NCBI GenBank assembly: GCA_963675785.1
Contig: OY776562.1
Coordinates: 1,888,001-1,952,000, forward strand
Direction: 5' to 3'
Source of the DNA: Anaerolineae bacterium
Lineage (GTDB): Bacteria; Chloroflexota; Anaerolineae; UBA1429
DNA: 64,000 nucleotides
Part shown: piece after piece, positions 18,203 to 28,593 of the stretch
Numbering within the stretch: the first letter of the stretch is position 1
How the letters are laid out: every line of letters starts with the position of its first letter
Notes under the pieces: generated by a model
What the model was told of the DNA's origin: nothing
The model's input: only the letters and a program-made list of their open reading frames with translations
The model's database searches: none
Made by a program: the position numbers and the translations under genes

Positions 18203-18565
18203 ATGCGTAACGAGAGAGGTTTTACCCTTATTGAGCTTTTGATCGTGTTGGCTATTCTGGCTATCCTGGTTGGCGTAGTAGCCATGAGCGTTGGTGGCAT
18301 TACAGATACAGCCAATACCCGGGCCATGAGTGCCGAACTTGAGGTTGTGCAAACAGCCATTGACACTTACAAGACCCTTGACGGCACACTGAGCAGCTCT
18401 AACACTATTAGTGCACGTACAACTGCCGCAGTGATCACATCTTCTGACACAGATGCGCCGTTCTACAAATACCTGGATTCTTCGACCAAGTACACATACA
18501 CCTGGACGGCTTGGACTGGCCTAAGTGATACCACAGGCGGTATCGCTTCAAACCCGGATATGTAA
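18203..18565 (+). CDS. pilA: Type IV pilin
   Basis: Class III signal MRNERG|FTLIELLIV with E5; SD AAGGAG; separated from pilT by a terminator and followed by its own, which suggests the major pilin. Confidence 0.88.
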   Translation: MRNERGFTLIELLIVLAILAILVGVVAMSVGGITDTANTRAMSAELEVVQTAIDTYKTLDGTLSSSNTISARTTAAVITSSDTDAPFYKYLDSSTKYTYTWTAWTGLSDTTGGIASNPDM

Positions 18566-18607
18566 ACACGGATGAACTAAAGGGTGGCTACGAGCTAAGA
18601 GTATAAC

Positions 18608-18645
18608 AAAAGCAGCTGACTGGATAATCTAGTCAGCTGCTTTTT
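18608..18645. terminator. Bidirectional terminator between pilA and glyA
   Basis: AAAAGCAGCTGACT...AGTCAGCTGCTTTTT. Confidence 0.85.
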
Positions 18646-18664
18646 GTTCCTATCTACCTACTAC

Positions 18665-19909
18665 CTAGTAGATCGGAAATGCCTCGCACAGAGCCAAGGA
18701 CCGCGCTCTAACCTGCTTGGCCGTTTCCTTATCGCCCATGTGCGTCAGAACCTCGACAATCATCTCCGCAATCTGATCCATTTCCGCCGGCCCCATACCC
18801 CGTGTCGTCACGGCAGCCGTTCCTAGGCGAATACCGCTAGTTACCATAGGCGGTTGGGGATCAAAAGGAATCATGTTGTGGTTACAAGCAATGCCAGCCT
18901 CTTCCAAGGCCATTTCAGCATCAATACCCGTAAGGCCCAGCGGCTGCAAATCAAGCATCATCAGATGATTATCCGTCCCGCCAGAGACGAGGCGCATACC
19001 CCTTTGGGTCAGTCCATCCGCCATAGCCGCTGCATTGGTCACAATATTCTGCGCATAAACCATAAACTCGGGTTGAAGGGCCTCATGGAAGGCCACGGCC
19101 TTGGCGGCGATAATGTGCATCAACGGGCCGCCCTGCAAACCAGGAAAGACCGCACGGTCGATCTTGCGAGCATATTTTTTGCGGCAAAGAATCAAGCCAC
19201 CACGTGGCCCGCGCAGCGTCTTGTGAGTGGTGCTGGTTACCACATCGGCATAGGGCACCGGGCTGGGGTGCACACCCGCCGCCACAAGGCCGGCAATGTG
19301 GGCCATATCCACCATCAAATATGCCCCAATAACTTTCGCAATTTCGGCCAGGCGGGGAAAATCAAAGATACGGGCATAGGCGCTGGCCCCAGCTAGGATC
19401 ATTTTGGGATTGACTTCGCAGGCCTGGGCTTCCAGGGCATCGTAATCAATCGTCTCAGTACCAGCGGCAACGCCATAGTGATGGAAATCATAGGTCTTGC
19501 CAGAAAAACTCAGGGCGTGGCCATGGGTAAGATGCCCGCCGTGAGCGAGATCCATAGATAGAATCGTATCGCCCGGCTTGAGCAGCGCCATGTAGGCCGC
19601 CGCGTTTGCCTGAGATCCCGAGTGGGGCTGTACGTTGGCATGTTCAGCTCCAAAAAGCATCTTGGCACGGTCACGGGCGAGATCTTCGGCCACGTCGACA
19701 CAGCAGCAACCGCCATAGTATCTCTTACCCGGATAACCCTCTGCGTATTTGTTTGTCAACATGGAACCTTGTGCCTCAAGCACCGCCTTGCTGACATAGT
19801 TCTCCGAGGCGATGAGCTCGATGGTATCGCGCTGGCGAGCCATCTCATCCTGAATCGTCTGGCAGAGTTCGGGATCGACACTTCTAAGGTCTGCGGCTCT
19901 GTCGGTCAT
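18665..19909 (-). CDS. glyA: Serine hydroxymethyltransferase
   Basis: [42 protein letters not shown]; start MTDR after GGAGG. Confidence 0.97.
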   Translation of the reverse strand: MTDRAADLRSVDPELCQTIQDEMARQRDTIELIASENYVSKAVLEAQGSMLTNKYAEGYPGKRYYGGCCCVDVAEDLARDRAKMLFGAEHANVQPHSGSQANAAAYMALLKPGDTILSMDLAHGGHLTHGHALSFSGKTYDFHHYGVAAGTETIDYDALEAQACEVNPKMILAGASAYARIFDFPRLAEIAKVIGAYLMVDMAHIAGLVAAGVHPSPVPYADVVTSTTHKTLRGPRGGLILCRKKYARKIDRAVFPGLQGGPLMHIIAAKAVAFHEALQPEFMVYAQNIVTNAAAMADGLTQRGMRLVSGGTDNHLMMLDLQPLGLTGIDAEMALEEAGIACNHNMIPFDPQPPMVTSGIRLGTAAVTTRGMGPAEMDQIAEMIVEVLTHMGDKETAKQVRARSLALCEAFPIY

Positions 19910-19933
19910 AACTTCCTCCAATTCGCAGGAATT

Positions 19934-20032
19934 AAAAACGCTCTATGCCTATTGGCATAGAGCCTCGATGCCCGTGCGGCTGCAGCGCCGCATAGTTAAA
20001 ATGATTATAGGCATTGCCCGGGGCCTGTGCAA
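19934..20032 (-). promoter_or_regulatory. glyA promoter plus a leader containing an intrinsic terminator (candidate attenuator)
   Basis: TTGCAC-17-TATAAT (20032-20004); GCTCTATGCC-aata-GGCATAGAGC-GTTTTT terminator about 25 nt before the start codon. Confidence 0.65.
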
Positions 20033-20042
20033 ACCAGACAAA

Positions 20043-21251
20043 TCACCAGCGCCAAAGGGGTTCCTTGCGTACTGGTTCTGATCGGCGATAGTGCTTTTCC
20101 GCAGTGAGCACATAGTAACGGCTATCCTCAAAGAGAATGCGGACAGCACCAAACTGCTCGACAATCATCTCGTCGTACTTTAGAAAGCGGTTTGCGACAA
20201 TGATCAGACGCCCCCGATTGTTCAGCACCCGGAAAGCTCCTTCAATAAAGCCGCGAGCTATGTCGGCATTGCGCACAAAACTGCTATGAAACGGCGGATT
20301 GCTTACCACCAGATCAAAACGCTGGTCTTCTACCGCAGAAACGCCTTCACCGTGAATGACATGAGCGTTGGTAATGCCATTGGCCTGAATGTTCTCGTTA
20401 GCACACTCGCAGGCCAAAGCATCTACATCGATCATGACCACCTCTCCTTGAGGCGCCAGACGAGCGGCATGGAGGCCAATGATACCACAACCGCAACCCA
20501 CATCGAGAATACGGTCGGTCTTGTGCGTTACCAGTTGGTCCAACAAAAGGGCCGTGCCATCATCGAGTTCTTGCCAGGAAAAAACACCCGGACGCGTCCG
20601 CAGCTTGTAGCTTTCAGCACCCACCTCAACGTCATACTCACAGCGCGTATCGGCGAGAACGCCGGGCTCAAGATACGCTTCCGGCCAATCGGCATGAAGA
20701 ACATCAGGCTGAAACTGTACCACACGACAGCCGCGGCGATAGGCCAGCACAATGGCAGAGCCCCATACCGCCTCGGCGTCGCTTACTGCGGTTTTGATGC
20801 CCTGTTTGTTTGCTCCGGCCACGTAAACGCGCCCCGCTGCAGCAAGCGATTGCAGAACACCTGCATACAGCCGCCTCACAAGATCGCGCCCCTTGGGTAT
20901 TTTGAGCAAAACCACGTCCACCTGGCCATGTTCAGGGCCGGGCATCCCCACAATCAGCCGAACATTAGAAACACCTTGCAATGTACGCCGCGCTGCCTCG
21001 CAGGCAATCCACTGAGTATCAAAAGCCGTCACCTGACTGTTGGGGAAACGGCGAGCTACTTCGAGAGCGAGCGCGCCATGGCCCGCCGGATATACCCAGA
21101 TACGAGCACCCTGCTGATGACAAGTCGCGTATTCTGCCAATAGCTCGTCTGGGGGCGTAACCTCTTGCCAATCTGCAAAACCAGGAAATGACACAACTCG
21201 CAAAGGGCCCGATCCCAGATCAAATTGCAACACGTGTTCCGCAAGCGACAC
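20043..21251 (-). CDS. Class I SAM-dependent methyltransferase, RsmC/RlmG-like tandem-domain type
   Basis: PGVFSWQELDDGTALL, LDVGCGCG, SNPPFH, IVANRFLKY. Start approximate. Confidence 0.85.
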   Translation of the reverse strand: MSLAEHVLQFDLGSGPLRVVSFPGFADWQEVTPPDELLAEYATCHQQGARIWVYPAGHGALALEVARRFPNSQVTAFDTQWIACEAARRTLQGVSNVRLIVGMPGPEHGQVDVVLLKIPKGRDLVRRLYAGVLQSLAAAGRVYVAGANKQGIKTAVSDAEAVWGSAIVLAYRRGCRVVQFQPDVLHADWPEAYLEPGVLADTRCEYDVEVGAESYKLRTRPGVFSWQELDDGTALLLDQLVTHKTDRILDVGCGCGIIGLHAARLAPQGEVVMIDVDALACECANENIQANGITNAHVIHGEGVSAVEDQRFDLVVSNPPFHSSFVRNADIARGFIEGAFRVLNNRGRLIIVANRFLKYDEMIVEQFGAVRILFEDSRYYVLTAEKHYRRSEPVRKEPLWRW

Positions 21252-21353
21252 TGACCACACTCCACTCACTAGACACCCACAACGAACAGAGTACAATGCA
21301 GTATATACGTTCCATTCATCCGTGCCTAAACTGGCTAACTAGGAGGTGACCTC

Positions 21354-22760
21354 GTGACCACCTTTGGACTTGTTGTCGGGAATCGCGGCTTTTTCCCCGG
21401 CGAACTCTGTATTCAGGGACGCGAGACCATGATTCGCGTGCTCAAAGAACAGGGTATTGATACCATCTGCCTCAGCCTTGAGGATACGCGTTTCGGTGCT
21501 GTACAAGACTATCAAGAAGCCAAAGTCTGTGCTGAATTGTTCAAGGCTCATGCTGATGAAATCGATGGTATCCTCGTTACCCTGCCTAACTTTGGCGACG
21601 AGCGCACCATCGCTGATTCGATCCGCCTCTCTGGCCTGAACGTCCCTGTGCTCGTGCACGCCTACCCTGACAAGACCGACGCCATGTCGATCTCGACACG
21701 CCGCGATTCGTTCTGCGGCAAGATGTCGGTCTGCAACAACTTGATGCAGTACGGCATCCCCTTTAGCATCACCAGTCAGCACACGATCGATCCTGAATCG
21801 GATTTGTTCCGTGCTGATGTCGACAAGTTCGCGGCTGTGTGTCGCGTGGTCAACGGCCTGCGTAAGGCCCGTTTTGGCCAGGTGGGGGCGCGCCCTGCGG
21901 CCTTTATCACTGTGCGCTATAGCGAAAAACTGCTAGAGCATGCGGGCATTTCAGTTGAAAGTGTTGATCTATCCGAGATTTTCTCCGCCACCAAGCGTCT
22001 GGAAAATGATGATGCAGCCGTAACAACCAAACTGGGCGAAATCAAGGCTTACTTGAATGTCGGCGATACACCCGCCCAGGCGCTCATCAAGATGGCCAAG
22101 TTTGGTGTGGCCCTTGATGCCTTTATCGACGCGCATGACCTGGATGGCACCGCCGTTCAGTGTTGGACATCGATGGAAGAGAACTATGGCGTAGTACCCT
22201 GCACCATCATGAGCATGCTCAGCAACAGCCTGGTGCCCAGCGCTTGCGAGACCGATATTACCGGCCTCATTGGCATGTACGCCATGGTGCTGGCCAGTGG
22301 CAAGCCCTCGGCCTTGCTGGACTGGAACAACAACTTTGGCGACGATCCAGACAAGGGCGTGGTGTTCCATTGCAGCAATCTGCCGCAAGACCTGTTTGGT
22401 GGAGAGGCCGTCATGGACTATCAGGCCATCATCGCCAGTGATGTAGGCAAGGAGAACACCCACGGGACACTCGTCGGACAGATCAAGCCGCGCAAAATCA
22501 CCTACTGCCGCGTCTCTACCGACGATGCCTATGGCACAATCCGAGCCTATCTGGGTGAAGCCGATATCACTGATGACAATGTAGACACCTTCGGTGGTTA
22601 TGGCGTCATCAAAGTGCCTGGGTTCCAAGATCTGTTGGCTTTTATCTGTGAAAATGGCTTTGAGCACCACGTCGCCGTAAACGGTGCCTGCGTAGCCGAT
22701 GCTGTTTATGAAGCCATGACCAAGTATCTTGGCTGGGACGTGTACTACCACAAGGGCTGA
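21354..22760 (+). CDS. L-fucose/L-arabinose isomerase family protein
   Basis: LPNFGDE, RRDSFCG, QCW, ACETD, FHC, GFEHHVA; SD AGGAGG. Confidence 0.85.
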   Translation: MTTFGLVVGNRGFFPGELCIQGRETMIRVLKEQGIDTICLSLEDTRFGAVQDYQEAKVCAELFKAHADEIDGILVTLPNFGDERTIADSIRLSGLNVPVLVHAYPDKTDAMSISTRRDSFCGKMSVCNNLMQYGIPFSITSQHTIDPESDLFRADVDKFAAVCRVVNGLRKARFGQVGARPAAFITVRYSEKLLEHAGISVESVDLSEIFSATKRLENDDAAVTTKLGEIKAYLNVGDTPAQALIKMAKFGVALDAFIDAHDLDGTAVQCWTSMEENYGVVPCTIMSMLSNSLVPSACETDITGLIGMYAMVLASGKPSALLDWNNNFGDDPDKGVVFHCSNLPQDLFGGEAVMDYQAIIASDVGKENTHGTLVGQIKPRKITYCRVSTDDAYGTIRAYLGEADITDDNVDTFGGYGVIKVPGFQDLLAFICENGFEHHVAVNGACVADAVYEAMTKYLGWDVYYHKG

Positions 22761-22774
22761 TAACAGCCAAACAA

Positions 22775-22809
22775 AAAAAGACCTGCGGCCAATGGCAGCA
22801 GGTCTTTTT
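22775..22809. terminator. Bidirectional terminator
   Basis: AAAAAGACCTGC...GCAGGTCTTTTT. Confidence 0.8.
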
Positions 22810-22847
22810 ATTTGAGCCCGGATTTTTCACCAGGCAAAAAGTGCTTT

Positions 22848-24884
22848 CTAGAACAACGAACCAACGTTGGCGATGATGGGGCCAAACACTGTTGCCACCA
22901 GAGACATCACCGTGATCATGGTGTTCAGTGAAGGACCTGCGGTATCCTTAAAGGGATCACCAACGGTATCACCGATTACAGCAGCGGTATGGGCAGGAGA
23001 GCCCTTGCCACCATGAGCGCCGTCTTCGATGAACTTTTTGGCGTTATCCCACAAACCACCGGCGTTCGCCATAAACTCGGCAAAGATAATGCCTGTCACG
23101 ATCGAACCACCCAAAAAGGCACCCAGAGCCTCGAGACCAAGGACGAATCCTACGATGATCGGCGTAATAACGCTGATGAGACCAGGGCCAACGAGCTCGC
23201 GAAGAGCACCGCGTGTGGCGATATCGACACACTTGGCACTGTCGGGCTTGACTTCACCCTTGAGAATGCCGGGGATGTCGTTAAACTGACGACGAATCTC
23301 GTCAACCATCTTGAAGGCGTTGCGGCCAACAGCCAGAATGGTCATAGCGGAGAACACAGGCGGCATGATGGCGCCGATGAACAAACCGGCCATAACCTGA
23401 GGCTTGGAAATATCCAGACCAACCAGGCCAACCTCTTGCATATAAGAGGAGAACAAGGCCAGCACGGTCAGTGCTGCAGCACCAATAGCAAAGCCCTTGG
23501 TGATGGCCTTGGCGGTGTTTCCAGCAGCATCCAAGCGGTCGCAGACGGCAATAGTCTCTTCGCTCTCGCCACCGGCCTCAGAGCAACCCTTGGCGTTGTC
23601 CACGATAGGGCCATAAGCATCAGCCGAAACGATCATGCCGGAAATGGACAGCATACCCACAGCTGCAATTGAGACACCATAGGTGCCCGCGACGCCAAAA
23701 GCATCGGCCAAAAAGTACGAAGCAACCATGGCGACAACAATGCCCAGAATGGCAGGAACCAGTGAGAGCAAGCCGTAAGAGAAGCCATCCAAAATGAGGA
23801 TAGCAGCTCCCGTATTGGCAGCATTCGCCGTATTCTGCACGGCCGACTGGTCGATGTCAGTGTACTTGTCACTGGTAAAGCCAACCACCACACCGGCAAT
23901 CAAGCCGAACAGCGCAGGCAGATAAATACCCCAGGGGTTGTCGAGGCCCAATGAAAAGACAGCCGGAATAGCAATAATCGCAAAGAGGATGGCCGTGACA
24001 ATGGTACCCGTGTTCAAAGCCTTGCCGGGGTCATTGTCTTCACCAGCACGAACAAAGAACAAACCGACGAGCGAAGCCAACATGCCGGCCGCAGCAAGAA
24101 CGAGCGGCAGCAAGATGTATCGGGGGTTGCCATCAAAGATTTCGGTGCCCAAGAGCATCACAGCAACTACCGAAGCGACAAATGAGTCAAAGATGTCGGC
24201 GCCCATACCAGCGACGTCACCTACGTTGTCACCCACGTTATCAGCGATAACGGCAGGGTTACGCGGATCGTCTTCATCGAGGCCAAACTCGACCTTACCG
24301 ACCAGGTCAGCGCCGATGTCAGCAGTCTTGGTATAGATACCGCCACCGGCCTTGGCCAAAAGGGCCAAAAGGCTGGCGCCAAAGCTAAAGCCCAGCACCA
24401 CAGTGGCACTATCAAACAGCATATAGATGATAGTCATACCAAGAATGGCCACACCGACGACGGAGAAACCCATCACACCACCAGAGAAAAAGGCTACTGG
24501 GAATGCCTTATTCAAGCCATCACGGGCTGCCCAGGCAACTCGAGCATTGGCACGAGTGGCCACGTACATGCCAGCATAGCCAGCGGCTGCGGAACAAAGT
24601 GAGCCGGTGAGAAACGCAAGGGCCATCTGCCAACCAGGAGCCTTGGCATCTGCACTCGAATACGCTACCCAAAGCACGGCGGCCAATACCACGGCCAGGG
24701 TGATAAGCGCCTTGTAGAGCAGCTTGAGGTACGCAGAGGCACCTTCCTGAATGGCCTCACTGAACTCGGCCATTTTCTCGTTCTCGTTCGACTGCCTCAT
24801 GACATACCGGTAAAGGTATACCGCGACGCCTAGGGCAATAACACCCGAGACGAGAGCCACAATCTCCCATGCAGCAATACTCAT
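22848..24884 (-). CDS. hppA: Membrane-integral ion-translocating pyrophosphatase, probably a K+-independent H+-PPase
   Basis: [49 protein letters not shown]; GNTAKA carries the Lys determinant. Confidence 0.95.
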   Translation of the reverse strand: MSIAAWEIVALVSGVIALGVAVYLYRYVMRQSNENEKMAEFSEAIQEGASAYLKLLYKALITLAVVLAAVLWVAYSSADAKAPGWQMALAFLTGSLCSAAAGYAGMYVATRANARVAWAARDGLNKAFPVAFFSGGVMGFSVVGVAILGMTIIYMLFDSATVVLGFSFGASLLALLAKAGGGIYTKTADIGADLVGKVEFGLDEDDPRNPAVIADNVGDNVGDVAGMGADIFDSFVASVVAVMLLGTEIFDGNPRYILLPLVLAAAGMLASLVGLFFVRAGEDNDPGKALNTGTIVTAILFAIIAIPAVFSLGLDNPWGIYLPALFGLIAGVVVGFTSDKYTDIDQSAVQNTANAANTGAAILILDGFSYGLLSLVPAILGIVVAMVASYFLADAFGVAGTYGVSIAAVGMLSISGMIVSADAYGPIVDNAKGCSEAGGESEETIAVCDRLDAAGNTAKAITKGFAIGAAALTVLALFSSYMQEVGLVGLDISKPQVMAGLFIGAIMPPVFSAMTILAVGRNAFKMVDEIRRQFNDIPGILKGEVKPDSAKCVDIATRGALRELVGPGLISVITPIIVGFVLGLEALGAFLGGSIVTGIIFAEFMANAGGLWDNAKKFIEDGAHGGKGSPAHTAAVIGDTVGDPFKDTAGPSLNTMITVMSLVATVFGPIIANVGSLF

Positions 24885-25020
24885 AATCGCCTCCTAAAAC
24901 AAACTAGTAAAACACTCCTGAGAACACAACCCGCATCTCCTGATAGGGTTGCGTTTCCCAAAACACAAAGCCGGTTCGGCACGCAAACACGCCGACAGGC
25001 AAAGGGCCAAACCATCAGCT

Positions 25021-25049
25021 ATGATACATTCGCCGCGATAGCCTGTCAA
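25021..25049 (-). promoter_or_regulatory. Sigma70 promoter of hppA
   Basis: TTGACA-17-TATCAT. Confidence 0.7.
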
Positions 25050-25058
25050 AAGCTATCA

Positions 25059-26354
25059 TCACTTGAACAAATCTCTCCAAGCAGCAGCGGCCAAAAACCA
25101 ACATAGCCCGAGTGCAATCCCGGCTGCTGCCAATGCGCCTAAAACTGCCAGAATGACAGGGGCAAGAGCACCAGCTATGAACAATGTTTTCCAAGTACTG
25201 AGCGTATGAACCCCACGAATCACAGTCGCCAATAACAGCGCCGTTAAACCCAGCGCCAGAGGAGCCAAAACACGGATATAATATGCCGGAGGCGCCACTC
25301 TGCCGCCTTGAGCAGCAAAACCCAACAATGGCAGGAGCGTACCCAAGGCTGTAGCCAGGGCCATGCCCACAAGGAGAATGCCAGCATATAACGCGGCATT
25401 CTCCTTTTTTGCGTCAGCAGACATTTTGCGACTGGCACATAATGACAGCAGCACCAGTACTACCGCAATCGCTAACAGCCACCAACCGAAACCGCCACTG
25501 CCATAGCTGTGAGCCGAAATAAGCTGGCCTCCGCGGGCCGCAAAAGTGCAAACAAGCGCCACGGGCCACACCAAGCCCAGACCAATGCGTGCCAACCGCG
25601 ACGATACACCGCCCTGCTGCGCGCCACTTAGCCAAATTAAGGAGGCCGAAAGCGTCAACCAGGCAGAAAGGCTTGCAGTCTCGATAGCATCCCAGCTCCA
25701 AGCAGTGCCCCAGCCCTGGGCGCACTGTGCCCAACACATACCCATCCAAATGGCCGTGCTCAGCAAAAGCCAGGATACCAATCCCACTTTTTTTGCATAG
25801 CCAAATTCGGCAGGGGTAAAACTAGCAGAAAGCGACATGCCGTAAAGCCAGGCCAGGCCGCAATAAGCAATAAACACCAACGGAGGATGGGCGATCAGTA
25901 AGGGGTCTTGCAAAGCAGCCGATAGACCCTGACCATCCAGAGGTGGTGATCCGAGAACATCATACAAGCCCATTGCCAAGCAGGCCGCTGAAAGCAATCC
26001 GCCAAGCGCCAAAAGAATGCGGCTTGAAATAGAATCCACAGCGCGGTCAAGGAAGTTGAGCCAAACCGCCAACAGCGAAGCAAGCCATCCCCACAAGAGT
26101 AGTGAGCCGCTTGCGCCGCTCCAAAGTGCCCCGATACGCAGCCACAAAGGCGCCGACTGCTGTGTGTACTGCACAACATAGGCAAACCGCGTATCTACCC
26201 TGAGCAGGGCAATCGCCATAATACCCAGAGCCACCGATGTGGCCGCCAGTGTGAACAGTCCAAGTGCCCGCCGCATCCTTGCAGCAGGCCATATGGCCCC
26301 ACCAAGACCAACCAAGGTCCCAAAAATCAGTGCTACAGTACCGATCTGCTGCAT
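25059..26354 (-). CDS. CcmF/NrfE-like cytochrome c biogenesis protein, short and divergent
   Basis: FAYV, ALWSGASGSLLLW, GLSAALQDP..HPP, WGTAWSWDAIE (WWD-like), SAHSY. Confidence 0.7.
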   Translation of the reverse strand: MQQIGTVALIFGTLVGLGGAIWPAARMRRALGLFTLAATSVALGIMAIALLRVDTRFAYVVQYTQQSAPLWLRIGALWSGASGSLLLWGWLASLLAVWLNFLDRAVDSISSRILLALGGLLSAACLAMGLYDVLGSPPLDGQGLSAALQDPLLIAHPPLVFIAYCGLAWLYGMSLSASFTPAEFGYAKKVGLVSWLLLSTAIWMGMCWAQCAQGWGTAWSWDAIETASLSAWLTLSASLIWLSGAQQGGVSSRLARIGLGLVWPVALVCTFAARGGQLISAHSYGSGGFGWWLLAIAVVLVLLSLCASRKMSADAKKENAALYAGILLVGMALATALGTLLPLLGFAAQGGRVAPPAYYIRVLAPLALGLTALLLATVIRGVHTLSTWKTLFIAGALAPVILAVLGALAAAGIALGLCWFLAAAAWRDLFK

Positions 26355-26429
26355 GCTGTTCCTTGTTCATTGACAGAGCCAGAGGTGAAAACTATACTCT
26401 GGCCTAGACCATACCTCGCAAAGGAGCTC

Positions 26430-27353
26430 ATGAAGTCCATTCGTATACTCTTACTCGTGTTGCTCGCCCTGCTCCTCGTCCAAGGTTGCGGAAACAGCAC
26501 TGTAACGGGTACGGCCACACCAACCGCCTCCACAGAAGCCTCCGAAACGCTGGCTCCCGAAGATATGCCCACGGCAGCGGCTGTCATCTCTGCTCAGGCC
26601 GATAGCAGTGTGGCCATTGCTACAGTGAATGGCCAGGAGCTTTCCTATGCCGATTTCGAGGTGCGTTTTGCAGCCGAGCAGGCCCTATTCCAGCAACAGC
26701 CCGATTATGACCTCTCTACCACAGCGGGTCAACAGGCTCTGGCGCGATTTCGCTCTGGCTTATTAGACCGCATGATCGACGAAATGCTCATCGAGCAGAT
26801 TGTGGTGGCTATGGAATTGACCATAGACGAAAGCGAGCTGCAGAGCGCCGCCGAGGCTCAGGCTGCACAAACTGGTCAAGAACTCTCCTTTGCCCTACAA
26901 CAGGTCAAGAATGACATGTACGCTGAGATTGTCATGGAAGCCATTACGGCAGATCTCGACCGAGTGCAGCCGCAGGTTCACGTCAAGCAGATTCTGGCAG
27001 CGGATATCGACCAGGCCAACGCAGCATTGGCCGAACTTGAAAGCGGCGCCGCCTGGGATCAAGTAGCTGCCAAGTATTCTATTGATGCTTCTGTTACAGA
27101 AGACGGCGGAGATTTGGGCTTTATCCCGGCCGGCGTTATGCCGCCAGCCTTTGATGATGCCGCTTTTGCTCTGGAACCGGGCGAATATTCCGGGGTTGTA
27201 GAAAGCGAGACGGGGATTCATATCATCCTGCTCGTCGAAGAGTCCGATTCCCTTTCTGTGCCCGATACGTATTGGCAGGCTGTACAGCAACAGACTTTTA
27301 CCGACTGGCTGGCCTCCTATCGCGAGGCTTCAACCATCCTTCTGGCAGAATAA
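26430..27353 (+). CDS. prsA: Parvulin-type peptidylprolyl isomerase lipoprotein (PrsA/SurA-like)
   Basis: Lipobox VQGC; IATVNG; AAKYSID, GGDLGF, FDDAAFAL.PGEYSGVVESETGIHII. Confidence 0.85.
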   Translation: MKSIRILLLVLLALLLVQGCGNSTVTGTATPTASTEASETLAPEDMPTAAAVISAQADSSVAIATVNGQELSYADFEVRFAAEQALFQQQPDYDLSTTAGQQALARFRSGLLDRMIDEMLIEQIVVAMELTIDESELQSAAEAQAAQTGQELSFALQQVKNDMYAEIVMEAITADLDRVQPQVHVKQILAADIDQANAALAELESGAAWDQVAAKYSIDASVTEDGGDLGFIPAGVMPPAFDDAAFALEPGEYSGVVESETGIHIILLVEESDSLSVPDTYWQAVQQQTFTDWLASYREASTILLAE

Positions 27354-27382
27354 CCGCCCTTCAAGCAGTTCAGGGGAGTCTT

Positions 27383-28021
27383 ATGGATATTACCTGGTAT
27401 GGACATTCATGCTTTCGGCTGAGGACACGCGGCTGCGCCGTAATGTGCGATCCTTTTGCCCCTTCACTGGGGTACGAGATTCCGCGCCTGCCAGCAGATA
27501 TCACCACCATCAGCCATGATGACGAAAACCACAATTATGATCGCGCTGTCCGCGGCCATTCGTATACCATCAGCGGTCCCGGTGAATATGAAATCAGCGG
27601 GGTTTTTGTCATCGGCGTGCCCACCTTTCAAGATACCAAACAAGGCGAAGTGCGCGGCAAGAACACCTCCTACGTCATCGAGATGGAAAACATTAATATC
27701 TGCCATTTGGGCAACCTGGGGCACTCCCTAAGCCAAACCCAGCTGGACGATTTGGGCAATGTTGATGTGCTGTTGGTTCCCGTCGGCGGCAAAGATGTGC
27801 TGAGCGGCATACGCGCGGCCGAGGTGGTCAGCCAGCTCGAACCTGGCATCGTCATCCCTATGCATTACAAAGTGCCCGATCTCCAGACAGATGGAGAGAG
27901 TGCAGCCCGCTTTTTGCGCGAAATGGCCGTAGACAAGCCTACGCCAATCGATATATTAACGATCACCAAGAGTCAGATCAGCGAAGACACACGTGTCGTC
28001 CTTTTGGAGCCCAAGAGATAA
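27383..28021 (+). CDS. Metallo-beta-lactamase-fold hydrolase
   Basis: [35 protein letters not shown]. Confidence 0.85.
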   Translation: MDITWYGHSCFRLRTRGCAVMCDPFAPSLGYEIPRLPADITTISHDDENHNYDRAVRGHSYTISGPGEYEISGVFVIGVPTFQDTKQGEVRGKNTSYVIEMENINICHLGNLGHSLSQTQLDDLGNVDVLLVPVGGKDVLSGIRAAEVVSQLEPGIVIPMHYKVPDLQTDGESAARFLREMAVDKPTPIDILTITKSQISEDTRVVLLEPKR

Positions 28022-28578
28022 TGGATACTGAACGAATTGAGAGAGCCGTCCGCGAAATACTCGAAGCGATCGGTGAGGATCCCGACCGCGAGGGGTTGGT
28101 GCGCACACCAGCCCGAGTAGCTGCCATGTATGAACAGATTTTTAGCGGGATGGATATCGACGCCGGAAAATATCTGCGTGTTGGCTTTGATGAAGACCAC
28201 AGCGAAATGGTCATCCTCAAAGATATTCCTTTCTACTCGATGTGCGAGCATCACTTGTTGCCTTTTCACGGCACGGCACACATTGGCTACATCCCCTCAG
28301 GACGCGTAGTTGGCATCAGCAAACTAGCCCGCGTGGTAGAAGCCTATGCCCGCCGCCCCCAGCTACAGGAGCGACTCACCAGTCAGATTGCTGATACAGT
28401 AATGGAGACACTCAAGCCCTATGGCGTGGGTGTGGTGATCGAAGCCGAGCATCTGTGTATGACCATGCGTGGTGTACAAAAGCCGGGTACCGTTGTTGTA
28501 ACCTCGGCAAACCGCGGCAACTTTTTATCTCGACCCGAAACCCGCAAAGAGTTCATGACGCTTATCGGTCGCAACTAG
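28021..28578 (+). CDS. folE: GTP cyclohydrolase I
   Basis: [40 protein letters not shown]. Confidence 0.97.
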   Translation: MDTERIERAVREILEAIGEDPDREGLVRTPARVAAMYEQIFSGMDIDAGKYLRVGFDEDHSEMVILKDIPFYSMCEHHLLPFHGTAHIGYIPSGRVVGISKLARVVEAYARRPQLQERLTSQIADTVMETLKPYGVGVVIEAEHLCMTMRGVQKPGTVVVTSANRGNFLSRPETRKEFMTLIGRN

Positions 28579-28593
28579 GAGCAAAAGAGCTGT

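Noticed and set aside
19934-20000. Calling the glyA leader a ZTP or THF riboswitch
   Set aside because: Conserved aptamer motifs not visible and leader is short; kept only as an unknown attenuator candidate
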